From the NCBI RefSeq assembly GCF_009914755.1, contig NC_060926.1: a DNA stretch of 64,000 nt. One strand, 5' to 3'. The translations under genes and the position numbers were made by a program. The notes under the pieces were generated by a model, which was not told where the DNA came from, did no database searches, and saw nothing but the letters and a program-made list of their open reading frames with translations. Below are positions 37,870 to 52,002 of the stretch, one piece after another. Numbering within the stretch: the stretch's first letter is position 1; each line of letters opens with the position of its first letter. The DNA is from the human T2T-CHM13v2.0 reference genome, Homo sapiens.

Positions 37870-40800
37870 ATATAAAAAGCAGCCAGCAGCGTTCCCAGAA
37901 ACTTCTTTGTGATGTTTGCATTCAAGTCACAGAGTTGAACATTCCCTTTCATAGAGCAGGTTTGAAACACTCTTTTTGTAGTATCTGGTTGTGGACATTT
38001 GCAGCGCTTTCAGGCCTAAGGTGAAAAAGGAAATATCTTCCCCTGAAAACTAGACAGAAGCATTCTCAGAAAGTTATTTGTGATGTGCGCCCTCAACTAA
38101 CAGTGTTGAAGCTTTCTTTTGATAGAGCAGTTTTGAAACACTCTTTTTGTAATATCTGCAAGAGGATATTTGGACAGCTTTGAGGATTTCGTTGGAAACG
38201 GGATTGTCTTCATATAAACTCTAGACAGAAGCATTCTCAGAAGCTTCATTGGGATGTTTCAATTGAAGTCACAGTGTTGAACAGTTCCTTTCATAGAACA
38301 GGTTTGAAACACTCTTTTTGTAGTATCTGGAAGTGGACATTTGGAGCGCTCTCAGGACTATGGTGAAAAAGGAAATATCTTCCAATAAAAGCTACATAGA
38401 AGCAATGTCAGAAACTTTTTCATGATGTATCTACTCAGCTAACAGAGTTGAACCTTTCCTTTGAGAGAGCAGTTTTGAAACACTCTTTTTGTGGAATCTG
38501 CAAGTGGATATTTGTCTAGCTTTGAGGATTTCGTTGGAAACGGGATTACATATAAAAAGCAGACAGCAGCATTCCCAGTAACTTCTTTGTGATGTTTGCA
38601 TTCAAGACACAGAGTTGAACATTCCCTTTCATAGAGCAGGTTTGAAACACTCTTTTTGAAGTATCTGGATGTGGACATTTGGAGCGCTTTCAGGCCTATG
38701 GTGAAAAAGGAAATATCTTCCCCTGAAAACTAGACAGAAGCATTCTCAGAAACTTATTTGTGATGTGCGCCCTCAACTAACAGTGTTGAACCTTTCTTTT
38801 GATAGAACAGTTTTGAAACACTCTTTTTGTAATATCTGCAAGAGGATATTTGGATAGCTTTGAGGATTTCGTTGGAAACGGGATTGTCTTCATATAAACT
38901 CTAGACAGAAGCATTCTCAGAAGCTTCATTGGGATGTTTCAATTGAAGTCACAGTGTTGAACAGTCCCTTTCATAGAGCAGGTTTGAAACACTCTTTTTG
39001 TAGTATCTGGAAGTGGACATTTGGAGCGCTCTCAGGACTACGGTGATAAAGGAAATATCTTCCAATAAAAGCTACATAGAAGCAATGTCAGAAACTTTTT
39101 CATGATGTATCTACTCAGCTAACAGAGTTGAACCTTTCTTTTGAGAGAGCAGTATTGAAACACTCTTTTTGTGGAATCTGCAAGTGGATATTTGTCTAGC
39201 TTTCAGGATTTCGTTGGAAACAGGATTACATATAAAAAGCAGACAGCAGCATTCCCAGAAACTTCTTTGTGATGTTTGCATTCAAGTCACAGAGTTGAAC
39301 ATTCCCTTTCATAGAGCAGGTTTGAAACACTCTTTTTGTAGTATCTGGATGTGGACATTTGGAGCGCTTTCAGGCCTATGGTGAAAAAGGAAATATCTTC
39401 CCCTGAAAACTAGACAGAAGCATTCTCAGAATTTTATTTGTGATGTGCGCCCTCAACTAACAGTGTTGAAGCTTTCTTTTGATACAGCAGTTTTGAAACA
39501 CTCTTTTTGTAAAATCTGCTAGAGGATATTTGGATAGCTTTGAGGATTTCTTTGGAAACGGGATTGTCTTCATATAAACTCTAGACAGAAGCATTCTCAG
39601 ATGCTTCATTGGGATGTTTCAATTGAAGTCACAGTGTTGAACAGTCCCTTTCATAGAGCAGGTTTGAAACACTCTTTTTGTAGTATCTGGATGTGGACAT
39701 TTGGAGCGCTTTCAGGCCTATGGTGAAAAAGGAAATATCTTCCCCTGAAAACTAGACAGAAGCATTCTCAGAAACTTATTTGTGATGTGCCCCCTCAACT
39801 AACAGTGTTGAAGCTTTCTTTTGATAGAGCAGTTTTGAAACACTCTTTTTGTGGAATCTGCAAGTGGATATTTGTCTAGCTTTGAGGATTTCGTTGGAAA
39901 CGGGATTACATATAAAAAGCAGACAGCAGCATTCCCAGAATCTTCTTTGTGATGTTTGCATTCAAGTCACAGAGTTGAACATTCCCTTTCATAGAGCAGG
40001 TTTGAAACACTCTTTTTGTAGTATCTCGATGTGGACATTTGGAGCGCTTTCAGGCCTATGGTGAAAAAGGAAATATCTTCTCCTGAAAACTAGACAGAAG
40101 CATTCTCAGAATCTTATTTGTGATGTGCGCCCTCAACTAACAGTGTTGAAGCTTTCTTTTGATAGAGCAGTTTTGAAACACTCTTTTTGTAAAATCTGCA
40201 AGAGGATATTTGCATAGCTTTGAGGATTTCATTGGAAACGGGATTGTCTTCATATAAACTCTAGACAGAAGCATTCTCAGAAGCTTCATTGGGATGTTTC
40301 AATTGAAGTCACAGTGTTGAACAGTCCCTTTCATAGAGCAGGTTTGAAACACTCTTTTTGTAGTATCTGGAAGTGGACATTTGGAGCGCTCTCAGGACTA
40401 CGGTGAAAAAGGAAATATCTTCCAATAAAAGCTACATAGAAGCAATGTCAGAAACTTTTTCATGATGTATCTACTCAGCTAACAGAGTTGAACCTTTCTT
40501 TTGAGAGAGCAGTTTTGAAACACTCTTTTTGTGGAATCTGCAAGTGGATATTTGTCTAGCTTTGAGGATTTCGTTGGAAACAGGATTACATATAAAAAGC
40601 AGACAGCAGCATTCCCAGAAACTTCTTTGTGATGTTTGCATTCAAGTCACAGAGTTGAACATTCCCTTTCATAGAGCAGGTTTGAAACACTCTTTTTGTA
40701 GTATCTGGATGTGGACATTTGGAGCGCTTTCAGGCCTATGGTGAAAAAGGAAATATCTTCCTCTGAAAACTAGACAGAAGCATTCTCAGAATTTTATTTG

Positions 40801-43800
40801 TGATGTGCGCCCTCAACTAACAGTGTTGAAGCTTTCTTTTGATAGAGCAGTTTTGAAACACTCTTTTTGTAAAATCTGCTAGAGGATATTTGGATAGCTT
40901 TGAGGATTTCTTTGGAAACGGGATTGTCTTCATATAAACTCTAGACAGAAGCATTCTCAGATGCTTCATTGGGATGTTTCAATTGAAGTCACAGTGTTGA
41001 ACAGTCCCATTCATAGAGCAGGTTTGAAACACTCTTTTTGTAGTATCTGGATGTGGACATTTGGAGCGCTTTCAGGCCTATGGTAAAAAAGGAAATATCT
41101 TCCCCTGAAAACTAGACAGAAGCATTCTCAGAAACTTATTTGTGATGTGCCCCCTCAACTAACAGTGTTGAAGCTTTCTTTTGATAGAGCAGTTTAGAAA
41201 CACTCTTTTTGTGGAATCTGCAAGTGGATATTTGTCTAGCTTTGAGGATTTCGTTGGAAACGGGATTACATATAAAAAGCAGACAGCAGCATTCCCAGAA
41301 TCTTCTTTGTGATGTTTGCATTCAAGTCACAGAGTTGAACATTCCCTTTCATAGAGCAGGTTTGAAACACTCTTTTTGTAGTATCTCGATGTGGACATTT
41401 GGAGCGCTTTCAGGCCTATGGTGAAAAAGGAAATATCTTCTCCTGAAAACTAGACAGAAGCATTCTCAGAATCTTATTTGTGATGTGCGCCCTCAACTAA
41501 CAGTGTTGAAGCTTTCTTTTGATAGAGCAGATTTGAAACACTCTTTTTGTAAAATCTGCAAGAGGATATTTGCATAGCTTTGAGGATTTCATTGGAAACG
41601 GGATTGTCTTCAAATAAACTCTAGACAGAAGCATTCTCAGAAGCTTCATTGGGATGTTTCAATTGAAGTCACAGTGTTGAACAGTCCCTTTCATAGAGCA
41701 GGTTTGAAACACTCTTTTTGTAGTATCTGGAAGTGGACATTTGGAGCGCTCTCAGGACTACGGTGAAAAAGGAAATATCTTCCAATAAAAGCTACATAGA
41801 AGCAATGTCAGAAACTTTTTCATGATGTATCTACTCAGCTAACAGAGTTGAACCTTTCTTTTGAGAGAGCAGTTTTGAAACACTCTTTTTGTGGAATCTG
41901 CAAGTGGATATTTGTCTAGCTTTGAGGATTTCGTTGGAAACAGGATTACATATAAAAAGCAGACAGCAGCATTCCCAGAAACTTCTTTGTGATGTTTACA
42001 TTCAAGTCACAGAGTTGAACATTCCCTTTCATAGAGCAGGTTTGAAACACTCTTTTTGTAGTATCTGGATGTGGACATTTGGAGCGCTTTCAGGCCTATG
42101 GTGAAAAAGGAAATATCTTCCCCTGAAAACTAGACAGAAGCATTCTCAGAATTTTATTTGTGATGTGCGCCCTCAACTAACAGTGTTGAAGCTTTCTTTT
42201 GATAGAGCAGTTTTGAAACACTCTTTTTGTAAAATCTGCTAGAGGATATTTGGATAGCTTTGAGGATTTCTTTGGAAACGGGATTGTCTTCATATAAACT
42301 CTAGACAGAAGCATTCTCAGATGCTTCATTGGGATGTTTCAATTGAAGTCACAGTGTTGAACAGTCCCTTTCATAGAGCAGGTTTGAAACACTCTTTTTG
42401 TAGTATCTGGATGTGGACATTTGGAGCGCTTTCAGGCCTATGGTGAAAAAGGAAATATCTTCCCCTGAAAACTAGACAGAAGCATTCTCAGAAACTTATT
42501 TGTGATGTGCCCCCTCAACTAACAGTGTTGAAGCTTTCTTTTGATAGAGCAGTTTTGAAACACTCTTTTTGTGGAATCTGCAAGTGGATATTTGTCTAGC
42601 TTTGAGGATTTCGTTGGAAACGGGATTACATATAAAAAGCAGACAGCAGCATTCCCAGAATCTTCTTTGTGATGTTTGCATTCAAGTCACAGAGTTGAAC
42701 ATTCCCTTTCATAGAGCAGGTTTGAAACACTCTTTTTGTAGTATCTCGATGTGGACATTTGGAGCGCTTTCAGGCCTATGGTGAAAAAGGAAATATCTTC
42801 TCCTGAAAACTAGACAGAAGCATTCTCAGAATCTTATTTGTGATGTGCGCCCTCAACTAACAGTGTTGAAGCTTTCTTTTGATAGAGCAGATTTGAAACA
42901 CTCTTTTTGTAAAATCTGCAAGAGGATATTTGCATAGCTTTGAGGATTTCATTGGAAACGGGATTGTCTTCAAATAAACTCTAGACAGAAGCATTCTCAG
43001 AAGCTTCATTGGGATGTTTCAATTGAAGTCACAGTGTTGAACAGTCCCTTTCATAGAGCAGGTTTGAAACACTCTTTTTGTAGTATCTGGAAGTGGACGT
43101 TTGGAGCGCTCTCAGGACTACGGTGAAAAAGGAAATATCTTCCAATAAAAGCTACATAGAAGCAATGTCAGAAACTTTTTCATGATGTATCTACTCAGCT
43201 AACAGAGTTGAACCTTTCTTTTGAGAGAGAAGTTTTGAAACACTCTTTTTGTGGAATCTGCAAGTGGATATTTGTCTAGCTTTGAGGATTTCGTTGGAAA
43301 CGGGATTACATATAAAAAGCAGCCAGCAGCGTTCCCAGAAACTTCTTTGTGATGTTTGCATTCAAGTCACAGAGTTGAACATTCCCTTTCATAGAGCAGG
43401 TTTGAAACACTCTTTTTGTAGTATCTGGTTGTGGACATTTGCAGCGCTTTCAGGCCTAAGGTGAAAAAGGAAATATCTTCCCCTGAAAACTAGACAGAAG
43501 CATTCTCAGAAACTTATTTGTGATGTGCGCCCTCAACTAACAGTGTTGAAGCTTTCTTTTGATAGAGCAGTTTTGAAACACTCTTTTTGTAATATCTGCA
43601 AGAGGATATTTGGACAGCTTTGAGGATTTCGTTGGAAACGGGATTGTCTTCATATAAACTCTAGACAGAAGCATTCTCAGAAGCTTCATTGGGATGTTTC
43701 AATTGAAGTCACAGTGTTGAACAGTTCCTTTCATAGAACAGGTTTGAAACACTCTTTTTGTAGTATCTGGAAGTGGACATTTGGAGCGCTCTCAGGACTA

Positions 43801-46800
43801 TGGTGAAAAAGGAAATATCTTCCAATAAAAGCTACATAGAAGCAATGTCAGAAACTTTTTCATGATGTATCTACTCAGCTAACAGAGTTGAACCTTTCCT
43901 TTGAGAGAGCAGTTTTGAAACACTCTTTTTGTGGAATCTGCAAGTGGATATTTGTCTAGCTTTGAGGATTTGGTTGGAAACGGGATTACATATAAAAAGC
44001 AGACAGCAGCATTCCCAGTAACTTCTTTGTGATGTTTGCATTCAAGACACAGAGTTGAACATTCCCTTTCATAGAGCAGGTTTGAAACACTCTTTTTGAA
44101 GTATCTGGATGTGGACATTTGGAGCGCTTTCAGGCCTATGGTGAAAAAGGAAATATCTTCCCCTGAAAACTAGACAGAAGCATTCTCAGAAACTTATTTG
44201 TGATGTGCGCCCTCAACTAACAGTGTTGAACCTTTCTTTTGATAGAACAGTTTTGAAACACTCTTTTTGTAATATCTGCAAGAGGATATTTGGATAGCTT
44301 TGAGGATTTCGTTGGAAACGGGATTGTCTTCATATAAACTCTAGACAGAAGCATTCTCAGAAGCTTCATTGGGATGTTTCAATTGAAGTCACAGTGTTGA
44401 ACAGTCCCTTTCATAGAGCAGGTTTGAAACACTCTTTTTGTAGTATCTGGAAGTGGACATTTGGAGCGCTCTCAGGACTACGGTGATAAAGGAAATATCT
44501 TCCAATAAAAGCTACATAGAAGCAATGTCAGAAACTTTTTCATGATGTATCTACTCAGCTAACAGAGTTGAACCTTTCTTTTGAGAGAGCAGTATTGAAA
44601 CACTCTTTTTGTGGAATCTGCAAGTGGATATTTGTCTAGCTTTCAGGATTTCGTTGGAAACAGGATTACATATAAAAAGCAGACAGCAGCATTCCCAGAA
44701 ACTTCTTTGTGATGTTTGCATTCAAGTCACAGAGTTGAACATTCCCTTTCATAGAGCAGGTTTGAAACACTCTTTTTGTAGTATCTGGATGTGGACATTT
44801 GGAGCGCTTTCAGGCCTATGGTGAAAAAGGAAATATCTTCCCCTGAAAACTAGACAGAAGCATTCTCAGAATTTTATTTGTGATGTGCGCCCTCAACTAA
44901 CAGTGTTGAAGCTTTCTTTTGATACAGCAGTTTTGAAACACTCTTTTTGTAAAATCTGCTAGAGGATATTTGGATAGCTTTGAGGATTTCTTTGGAAACG
45001 GGATTGTCTTCATATAAACTCTAGACAGAAGCATTCTCAGATGCTTCATTGGGATGTTTCAATTGAAGTCACAGTGTTGAACAGTCCCTTTCATAGAGCA
45101 GGTTTGAAACACTCTTTTTGTAGTATCTGGATGTGGACATTTGGAGCGCTTTCAGGCCTATGGTGAAAAAGGAAATATCTTCCCCTGAAAACTAGACAGA
45201 AGCATTCTCAGAAACTTATTTGTGATGTGCCCCCTCAACTAACAGTGTTGAAGCTTTCTTTTGATAGAGCAGTTTTGAAACACTCTTTTTGTGGAATCTG
45301 CAAGTGGATATTTGTCTAGCTTTGAGGATTTCGTTGGAAACGGGATTACATATAAAAAGCAGACAGCAGCATTCCCAGAATCTTCTTTGTGATGTTTGCA
45401 TTCAAGTCACAGAGTTGAACATTCCCTTTCATAGAGCAGGTTTGAAACACTCTTTTTGTAGTATCTCGATGTGGACATTTGGAGCGCTTTCAGGCCTATG
45501 GTGAAAAAGGAAATATCTTCTCCTGAAAACTAGACAGAAGCATTCTCAGAATCTTATTTGTGATGTGCGCCCTCAACTAACAGTGTTGAAGCTTTCTTTT
45601 GATAGAGCAGTTTTGAAACACTCTTTTTGTAAAATCTGCAAGAGGATATTTGCATAGCTTTGAGGATTTCATTGGAAACGGGATTGTCTTCATATAAACT
45701 CTAGACAGAAGCATTCTCAGAAGCTTCATTGGGATGTTTCAATTGAAGTCACAGTGTTGAACAGTCCCTTTCATAGAGCAGGTTTGAAACACTCTTTTTG
45801 TAGTATCTGGAAGTGGACATTTGGAGCGCTCTCAGGACTACGGTGAAAAAGGAAATATCTTCCAATAAAAGCTACATAGAAGCAATGTCAGAAACTTTTT
45901 CATGATGTATCTACTCAGCTAACAGAGTTGAACCTTTCTTTTGAGAGAGCAGTTTTGAAACACTCTTTTTGTGGAATCTGCAAGTGGATATTTGTCTAGC
46001 TTTGAGGATTTCGTTGGAAACAGGATTACATATAAAAAGCAGACAGCAGCATTCCCAGAAACTTCTTTGTGATGTTTGCATTCAAGTCACAGAGTTGAAC
46101 ATTCCCTTTCATAGAGCAGGTTTGAAACACTCTTTTTGTAGTATCTGGATGTGGACATTTGGAGCGCTTTCAGGCCTATGGTGAAAAAGGAAATATCTTC
46201 CTCTGAAAACTAGACAGAAGCATTCTCAGAATTTTATTTGTGATGTGCGCCCTCAACTAACAGTGTTGAAGCTTTCTTTTGATAGAGCAGTTTTGAAACA
46301 CTCTTTTTGTAAAATCTGCTAGAGGATATTTGGATAGCTTTGAGGATTTCTTTGGAAACGGGATTGTCTTCATATAAACTCTAGACAGAAGCATTCTCAG
46401 ATGCTTCATTGGGATGTTTCAATTGAAGTCACAGTGTTGAACAGTCCCATTCATAGAGCAGGTTTGAAACACTCTTTTTGTAGTATCTGGATGTGGACAT
46501 TTGGAGCGCTTTCAGGCCTATGGTAAAAAAGGAAATATCTTCCCCTGAAAACTAGACAGAAGCATTCTCAGAAACTTATTTGTGATGTGCCCCCTCAACT
46601 AACAGTGTTGAAGCTTTCTTTTGATAGAGCAGTTTAGAAACACTCTTTTTGTGGAATCTGCAAGTGGATATTTGTCTAGCTTTGAGGATTTCGTTGGAAA
46701 CGGGATTACATATAAAAAGCAGACAGCAGCATTCCCAGAATCTTCTTTGTGATGTTTGCATTCAAGTCACAGAGTTGAACATTCCCTTTCATAGAGCAGG

Positions 46801-49800
46801 TTTGAAACACTCTTTTTGTAGTATCTCGATGTGGACATTTGGAGCGCTTTCAGGCCTATGGTGAAAAAGGAAATATCTTCTCCTGAAAACTAGACAGAAG
46901 CATTCTCAGAATCTTATTTGTGATGTGCGCCCTCAACTAACAGTGTTGAAGCTTTCTTTTGATAGAGCAGATTTGAAACACTCTTTTTGTAAAATCTGCA
47001 AGAGGATATTTGCATAGCTTTGAGGATTTCATTGGAAACGGGATTGTCTTCAAATAAACTCTAGACAGAAGCATTCTCAGAAGCTTCATTGGGATGTTTC
47101 AATTGAAGTCACAGTGTTGAACAGTCCCTTTCATAGAGCAGGTTTGAAACACTCTTTTTGTAGTATCTGGAAGTGGACATTTGGAGCGCTCTCAGGACTA
47201 CGGTGAAAAAGGAAATATCTTCCAATAAAAGCTACATAGAAGCAATGTCAGAAACTTTTTCATGATGTATCTACTCAGCTAACAGAGTTGAACCTTTCTT
47301 TTGAGAGAGCAGTTTTGAAACACTCTTTTTGTGGAATCTGCAAGTGGATATTTGTCTAGCTTTGAGGATTTCGTTGGAAACAGGATTACATATAAAAAGC
47401 AGACAGCAGCATTCCCAGAAACTTCTTTGTGATGTTTGCATTCAAGTCACAGAGTTGAACATTCCCTTTCATAGAGCAGGTTTGAAACACTCTTTTTGTA
47501 GTATCTGGATGTGGACATTTGGAGCGCTTTCAGGCCTATGGTGAAAAAGGAAATATCTTCCTCTGAAAACTAGACAGAAGCATTCTCAGAATTTTATTTG
47601 TGATGTGCGCCCTCAACTAACAGTGTTGAAGCTTTCTTTTGATAGAGCAGTTTTGAAACACTCTTTTTGTAAAATATGCTAGAGGATATTTGGATAGCTT
47701 TGAGGATTTCTTTGGAAACGGGATTGTCTTCATATAAACTCTAGACAGAAGCATTCTCAGATGCTTCATTGGGATGTTTCAATTGAAGTCACAGTGTTGA
47801 ACAGTCCCATTCATAGAGCAGGTTTGAAACACTCTTTTTGTAGTATCTGGATGTGGACATTTGGAGCGCTTTCAGGCCTATGGTAAAAAAGGAAATATCT
47901 TCCCCTGAAAACTAGACAGAAGCATTCTCAGAAACTTATTTGTGATGTGCCCCCTCAACTAACAGTGTTGAAGCTTTCTTTTGATAGAGCAGTTTAGAAA
48001 CACTCTTTTTGTGGAATCTGCAAGTGGATATTTGTCTAGCTTTGAGGATTTCGTTGGAAACGGGATTACATATAAAAAGCAGACAGCAGCATTCCCAGAA
48101 TCTTCTTTGTGATGTTTGCATTCAAGTCACAGAGTTGAACATTCCCTTTCATAGAGCAGGTTTGAAACACTCTTTTTGTAGTATCTCGATGTGGACATTT
48201 GGAGCGCTTTCAGGCCTATGGTGAAAAAGGAAATATCTTCTCCTGAAAACTAGACAGAAGCATTCTCAGAATCTTATTTGTGATGTGCGCCCTCAACTAA
48301 CAGTGTTGAAGCTTTCTTTTGATAGAGCAGATTTGAAACACTCTTTTTGTAAAATCTGCAAGAGGATATTTGCATAGCTTTGAGGATTTCATTGGAAACG
48401 GGATTGTCTTCAAATAAACTCTAGACAGAAGCATTCTCAGAAGCTTCATTGGGATGTTTCAATTGAAGTCACAGTGTTGAACAGTCCCTTTCATAGAGCA
48501 GGTTTGAAACACTCTTTTTGTAGTATCTGGAAGTGGACATTTGGAGCGCTCTCAGGACTACGGTGAAAAAGGAAATATCTTCCAATAAAAGCTACATAGA
48601 AGCAATGTCAGAAACTTTTTCATGATGTATCTACTCAGCTAACAGAGTTGAACCTTTCTTTTGAGAGAGCAGTTTTGAAACACTCTTTTTGTGGAATCTG
48701 CAAGTGGATATTTGTCTAGCTTTGAGGATTTCGTTGGAAACAGGATTACATATAAAAAGCAGACAGCAGCATTCCCAGAAACTTCTTTGTGATGTTTACA
48801 TTCAAGTCACAGAGTTGAACATTCCCTTTCATAGAGCAGGTTTGAAACACTCTTTTTGTAGTATCTGGATGTGGACATTTGGAGCGCTTTCAGGCCTATG
48901 GTGAAAAAGGAAATATCTTCCCCTGAAAACTAGACAGAAGCATTCTCAGAATTTTATTTGTGATGTGCGCCCTCAACTAACAGTGTTGAAGCTTTCTTTT
49001 GATAGAGCAGTTTTGAAACACTCTTTTTGTAAAATCTGCTAGAGGATATTTGGATAGCTTTGAGGATTTCTTTGGAAACGGGATTGTCTTCATATAAACT
49101 CTAGACAGAAGCATTCTCAGATGCTTCATTGGGATGTTTCAATTGAAGTCACAGTGTTGAACAGTCCCTTTCATAGAGCAGGTTTGAAACACTCTTTTTG
49201 TAGTATCTGGATGTGGACATTTGGAGCGCTTTCAGGCCTATGGTGAAAAAGGAAATATCTTCCCCTGAAAACTAGACAGAAGCATTCTCAGAAACTTATT
49301 TGTGATGTGCCCCCTCAACTAACAGTGTTGAAGCTTTCTTTTGATAGAGCAGTTTTGAAACACTCTTTTTGTGGAATCTGCAAGTGGATATTTGTCTAGC
49401 TTTGAGGATTTCGTTGGAAACGGGATTACATATAAAAAGCAGACAGCAGCATTCCGAGAATCTTCTTTGTGATGTTTGCATTCAAGTCACAGAGTTGAAC
49501 ATTCCCTTTCATAGAGCAGGTTTGAAACACTCTTTTTGTAGTATCTCGATGTGGACATTTGGAGCGCTTTCAGGCCTATGGTGAAAAAGGAAATATCTTC
49601 TCCTGAAAACTAGACAGAAGCATTCTCAGAATCTTATTTGTGATGTGCGCCCTCAACTAACAGTGTTGAAGCTTTCTTTTGATAGAGCAGATTTGAAACA
49701 CTCTTTTTGTAAAATCTGCAAGAGGATATTTGCATAGCTTTGAGGATTTCATTGGAAACGGGATTGTCTTCAAATAAACTCTAGACAGAAGCATTCTCAG

Positions 49801-50110
49801 AAGCTTCATTGGGATGTTTCAATTGAAGTCACAGTGTTGAACAGTCCCTTTCATAGAGCAGGTTTGAAACACTCTTTTTGTAGTATCTGGAAGTGGACGT
49901 TTGGAGCGCTCTCAGGACTACGGTGAAAAAGGAAATATCTTCCAATAAAAGCTACATAGAAGCAATGTCAGAAACTTTTTCATGATGTATCTACTCAGCT
50001 AACAGAGTTGAACCTTTCTTTTGAGAGAGAAGTTTTGAAACACTCTTTTTGTGGAATCTGCAAGTGGATATTTGTCTAGCTTTGAGGATTTCGTTGGAAA
50101 CGGGATTACA
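37870..50110 (+). repeat. Tandem duplication, 5440-bp (32-monomer) unit; second copy has one extra 1360-bp octamer (6800 bp)
   Basis: Offset 5440: agccagcagcgttcc 37881/43321, tggacagctt 38171/43611, caagacac ~38603/44043, gatacagcag 39481/44921. acagtcccat occurs three times (41001, 46441, 47801). Offset 6800: gatgtttaca 41991/48791, aagtggacgt 43091/49891. Confidence 0.9.
39421..40780 (+). repeat. Octamer HOR unit A'-(B/D)-(A/C)-D'-A''-B-C'-D (example)
   Basis: Monomer starts at 39421, 39592, 39763, 39930, 40101, 40272, 40443 and 40610; next unit at 40781. Boxes: 39547 TTCT broken, 39889 intact, 40227 TTCA broken, 40569 CAGG broken. Confidence 0.9.
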
Positions 50111-52002
50111 TATAAAAAGCAGACAGCAGCATTCCCAGAAACTTCTTTGTGATGTTTGCATTCAAGTCACAGAGTTGAACATTCCCTTTCATAGAGCAGG
50201 TTTGAAACACTCTTTTTGTAGTATCTCGATGTGGACATTTGGAGCGCTTTCAGGCCTATGGTGAAAAAGGAAATATCTTCCCCTGAAAACTAGACAGAAG
50301 AATTCTCAGAATCTTATTTGTGATGTGCGCCCTCAACTAACAGTGTTGAAGCTTTCTTTTGATAGAGCAGTTTTGAAACACTCTTTTTGTAAAATCTGCA
50401 AGAGGATATTTGGATAGCTTTGAGGATTTCGTTGGAAACGGGATTGTCTTCATATAAACTCTAGACAGAAGCATTCTCAGAAGCGTCATTGGGATGTTTC
50501 AATTGAAGTCACAGTGTTGAACAGTCCCTTTCATAGAGCAGGTTTGAAACACTCTTTTTGTAGTATCTGGATGTGGACATTTGGAGCGCTTTCAGGCCTA
50601 TGGTTTAAAAGGAAATATCTTCCCCTGAAAACCAGACAGAAGCATTCTCAGAAACTTATTTGTGATGTGCGCCCTCAACTAACAGTGTTGAAGCATTCTT
50701 TTGATAGAGCAGTATTGAAACACTCTTTTTGTGGAATCTGCAAGTGGATATTTGTCTAGCTTTGAGGATTTCGTTGGAAACGGGATTACATATAAAAAGC
50801 AGACAGCAGCATTCCCAGAAACTTCTTTGTGATGTTTGCATTCAAGTCACAGAGTTGAACATTCCCTTTCATAGAGCAGGTTTGAAACACTCTTTTTGTA
50901 CTATCTGGATGTGGACATTTGGAGCGCTTTCAGGCCTATGGTGAAAAAGGAAATATCTTCCCCTGAAAACTAGACAGAAGCATTCTCAGAATCTTATTTG
51001 TGATGTGCGCCCTCAACTAACAGTGTTGAAGCTTTCTTTTGATAGAGCAGTTTTCAAAGACTCTTTTTGTAAAATCTGCAAGAGGATATTTGGATAGCTT
51101 TGACGATTTCGTTGGAAACGGGATTGTCTTCATATAAACTCTAGACAGAAGCATTCTCAGAAGCTTCATTGGGATGTTTCAATTGAAGTCACAGTGTTGA
51201 ACAGTCCCTTTCATAGAGCAGGTTTGAAACACTCTTTTTGTAGTATCTGGAAGTGGACATTGGGAGAGATCTCAGGAATACGGTGATAAAGGAAATATCT
51301 TCCAATAAAAGCTAGATAGAAGCAATGTCAGAAACTTTTTCATGATGTATCTACTCAGCTAACAGAGTTGAACCTTTCTTTTGAGAGAGCAGTTTTGAAA
51401 CACTCTTTTTGTGGAATCTGCAAGTGGATATTTGTCTAGCTTTGAGGATTTCGTTGGAAACAGGATTACATATAAAAAGCAGATAGCAGCATTCCCAGAA
51501 ACTTCTTTGTGATGTTTGCATTCAAGTCACAGAGAAGAACATTCCCTTTCATAGAGCAGGTTTGAAACACTCTTTTTGTAGTATCTGGATGTGGACATTT
51601 GGAGCGCTTTCAGGCCTATGGTGAAAAAGGAAATATCTTCCCCTGAAAACTAGACAGAAGCATTCTCAGAATTTTATTTGTGATGTGCGCCCTCAACTAA
51701 CAGTGTTGAAGCTTTCTTTTGATAGAGCAGTTTTGAAACACTCTTTTTGTAAAATCTGCTAGAGGATATTTGGATAGCTTTGAGGATTTCTTTGGAAACG
51801 GGATTGTGTTCATATAAACTCTAGACAGAAGCATTCTCAGATGCTTCATTGGGATGTTTCAATTGAAGTCACAGTGTTGAACAGTCCCTTTCATAGAGCA
51901 GGTTTGAAACACTCTTTTTGTAGTATCTGGATGTGGACATTTGGAGCGCTTTCAGGCCTATGGTGAAAAAGGAAATATCTTCCCCTGAAAACTAGACAGA
52001 AG

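Larger units (their letters stand above)
1..39200 (+). repeat. Domain 1: heterogeneous tetramer/6-mer layer, CENP-B-box rich
   Basis: Mixed 679, 680, 338 and 1022 bp spacings. About 115 box sites, of which I saw 11 broken (489, 3205, 5586, 17807, 20184, 26979, 27997, 29357, 32413, 34792, 35810). Confidence 0.85.
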
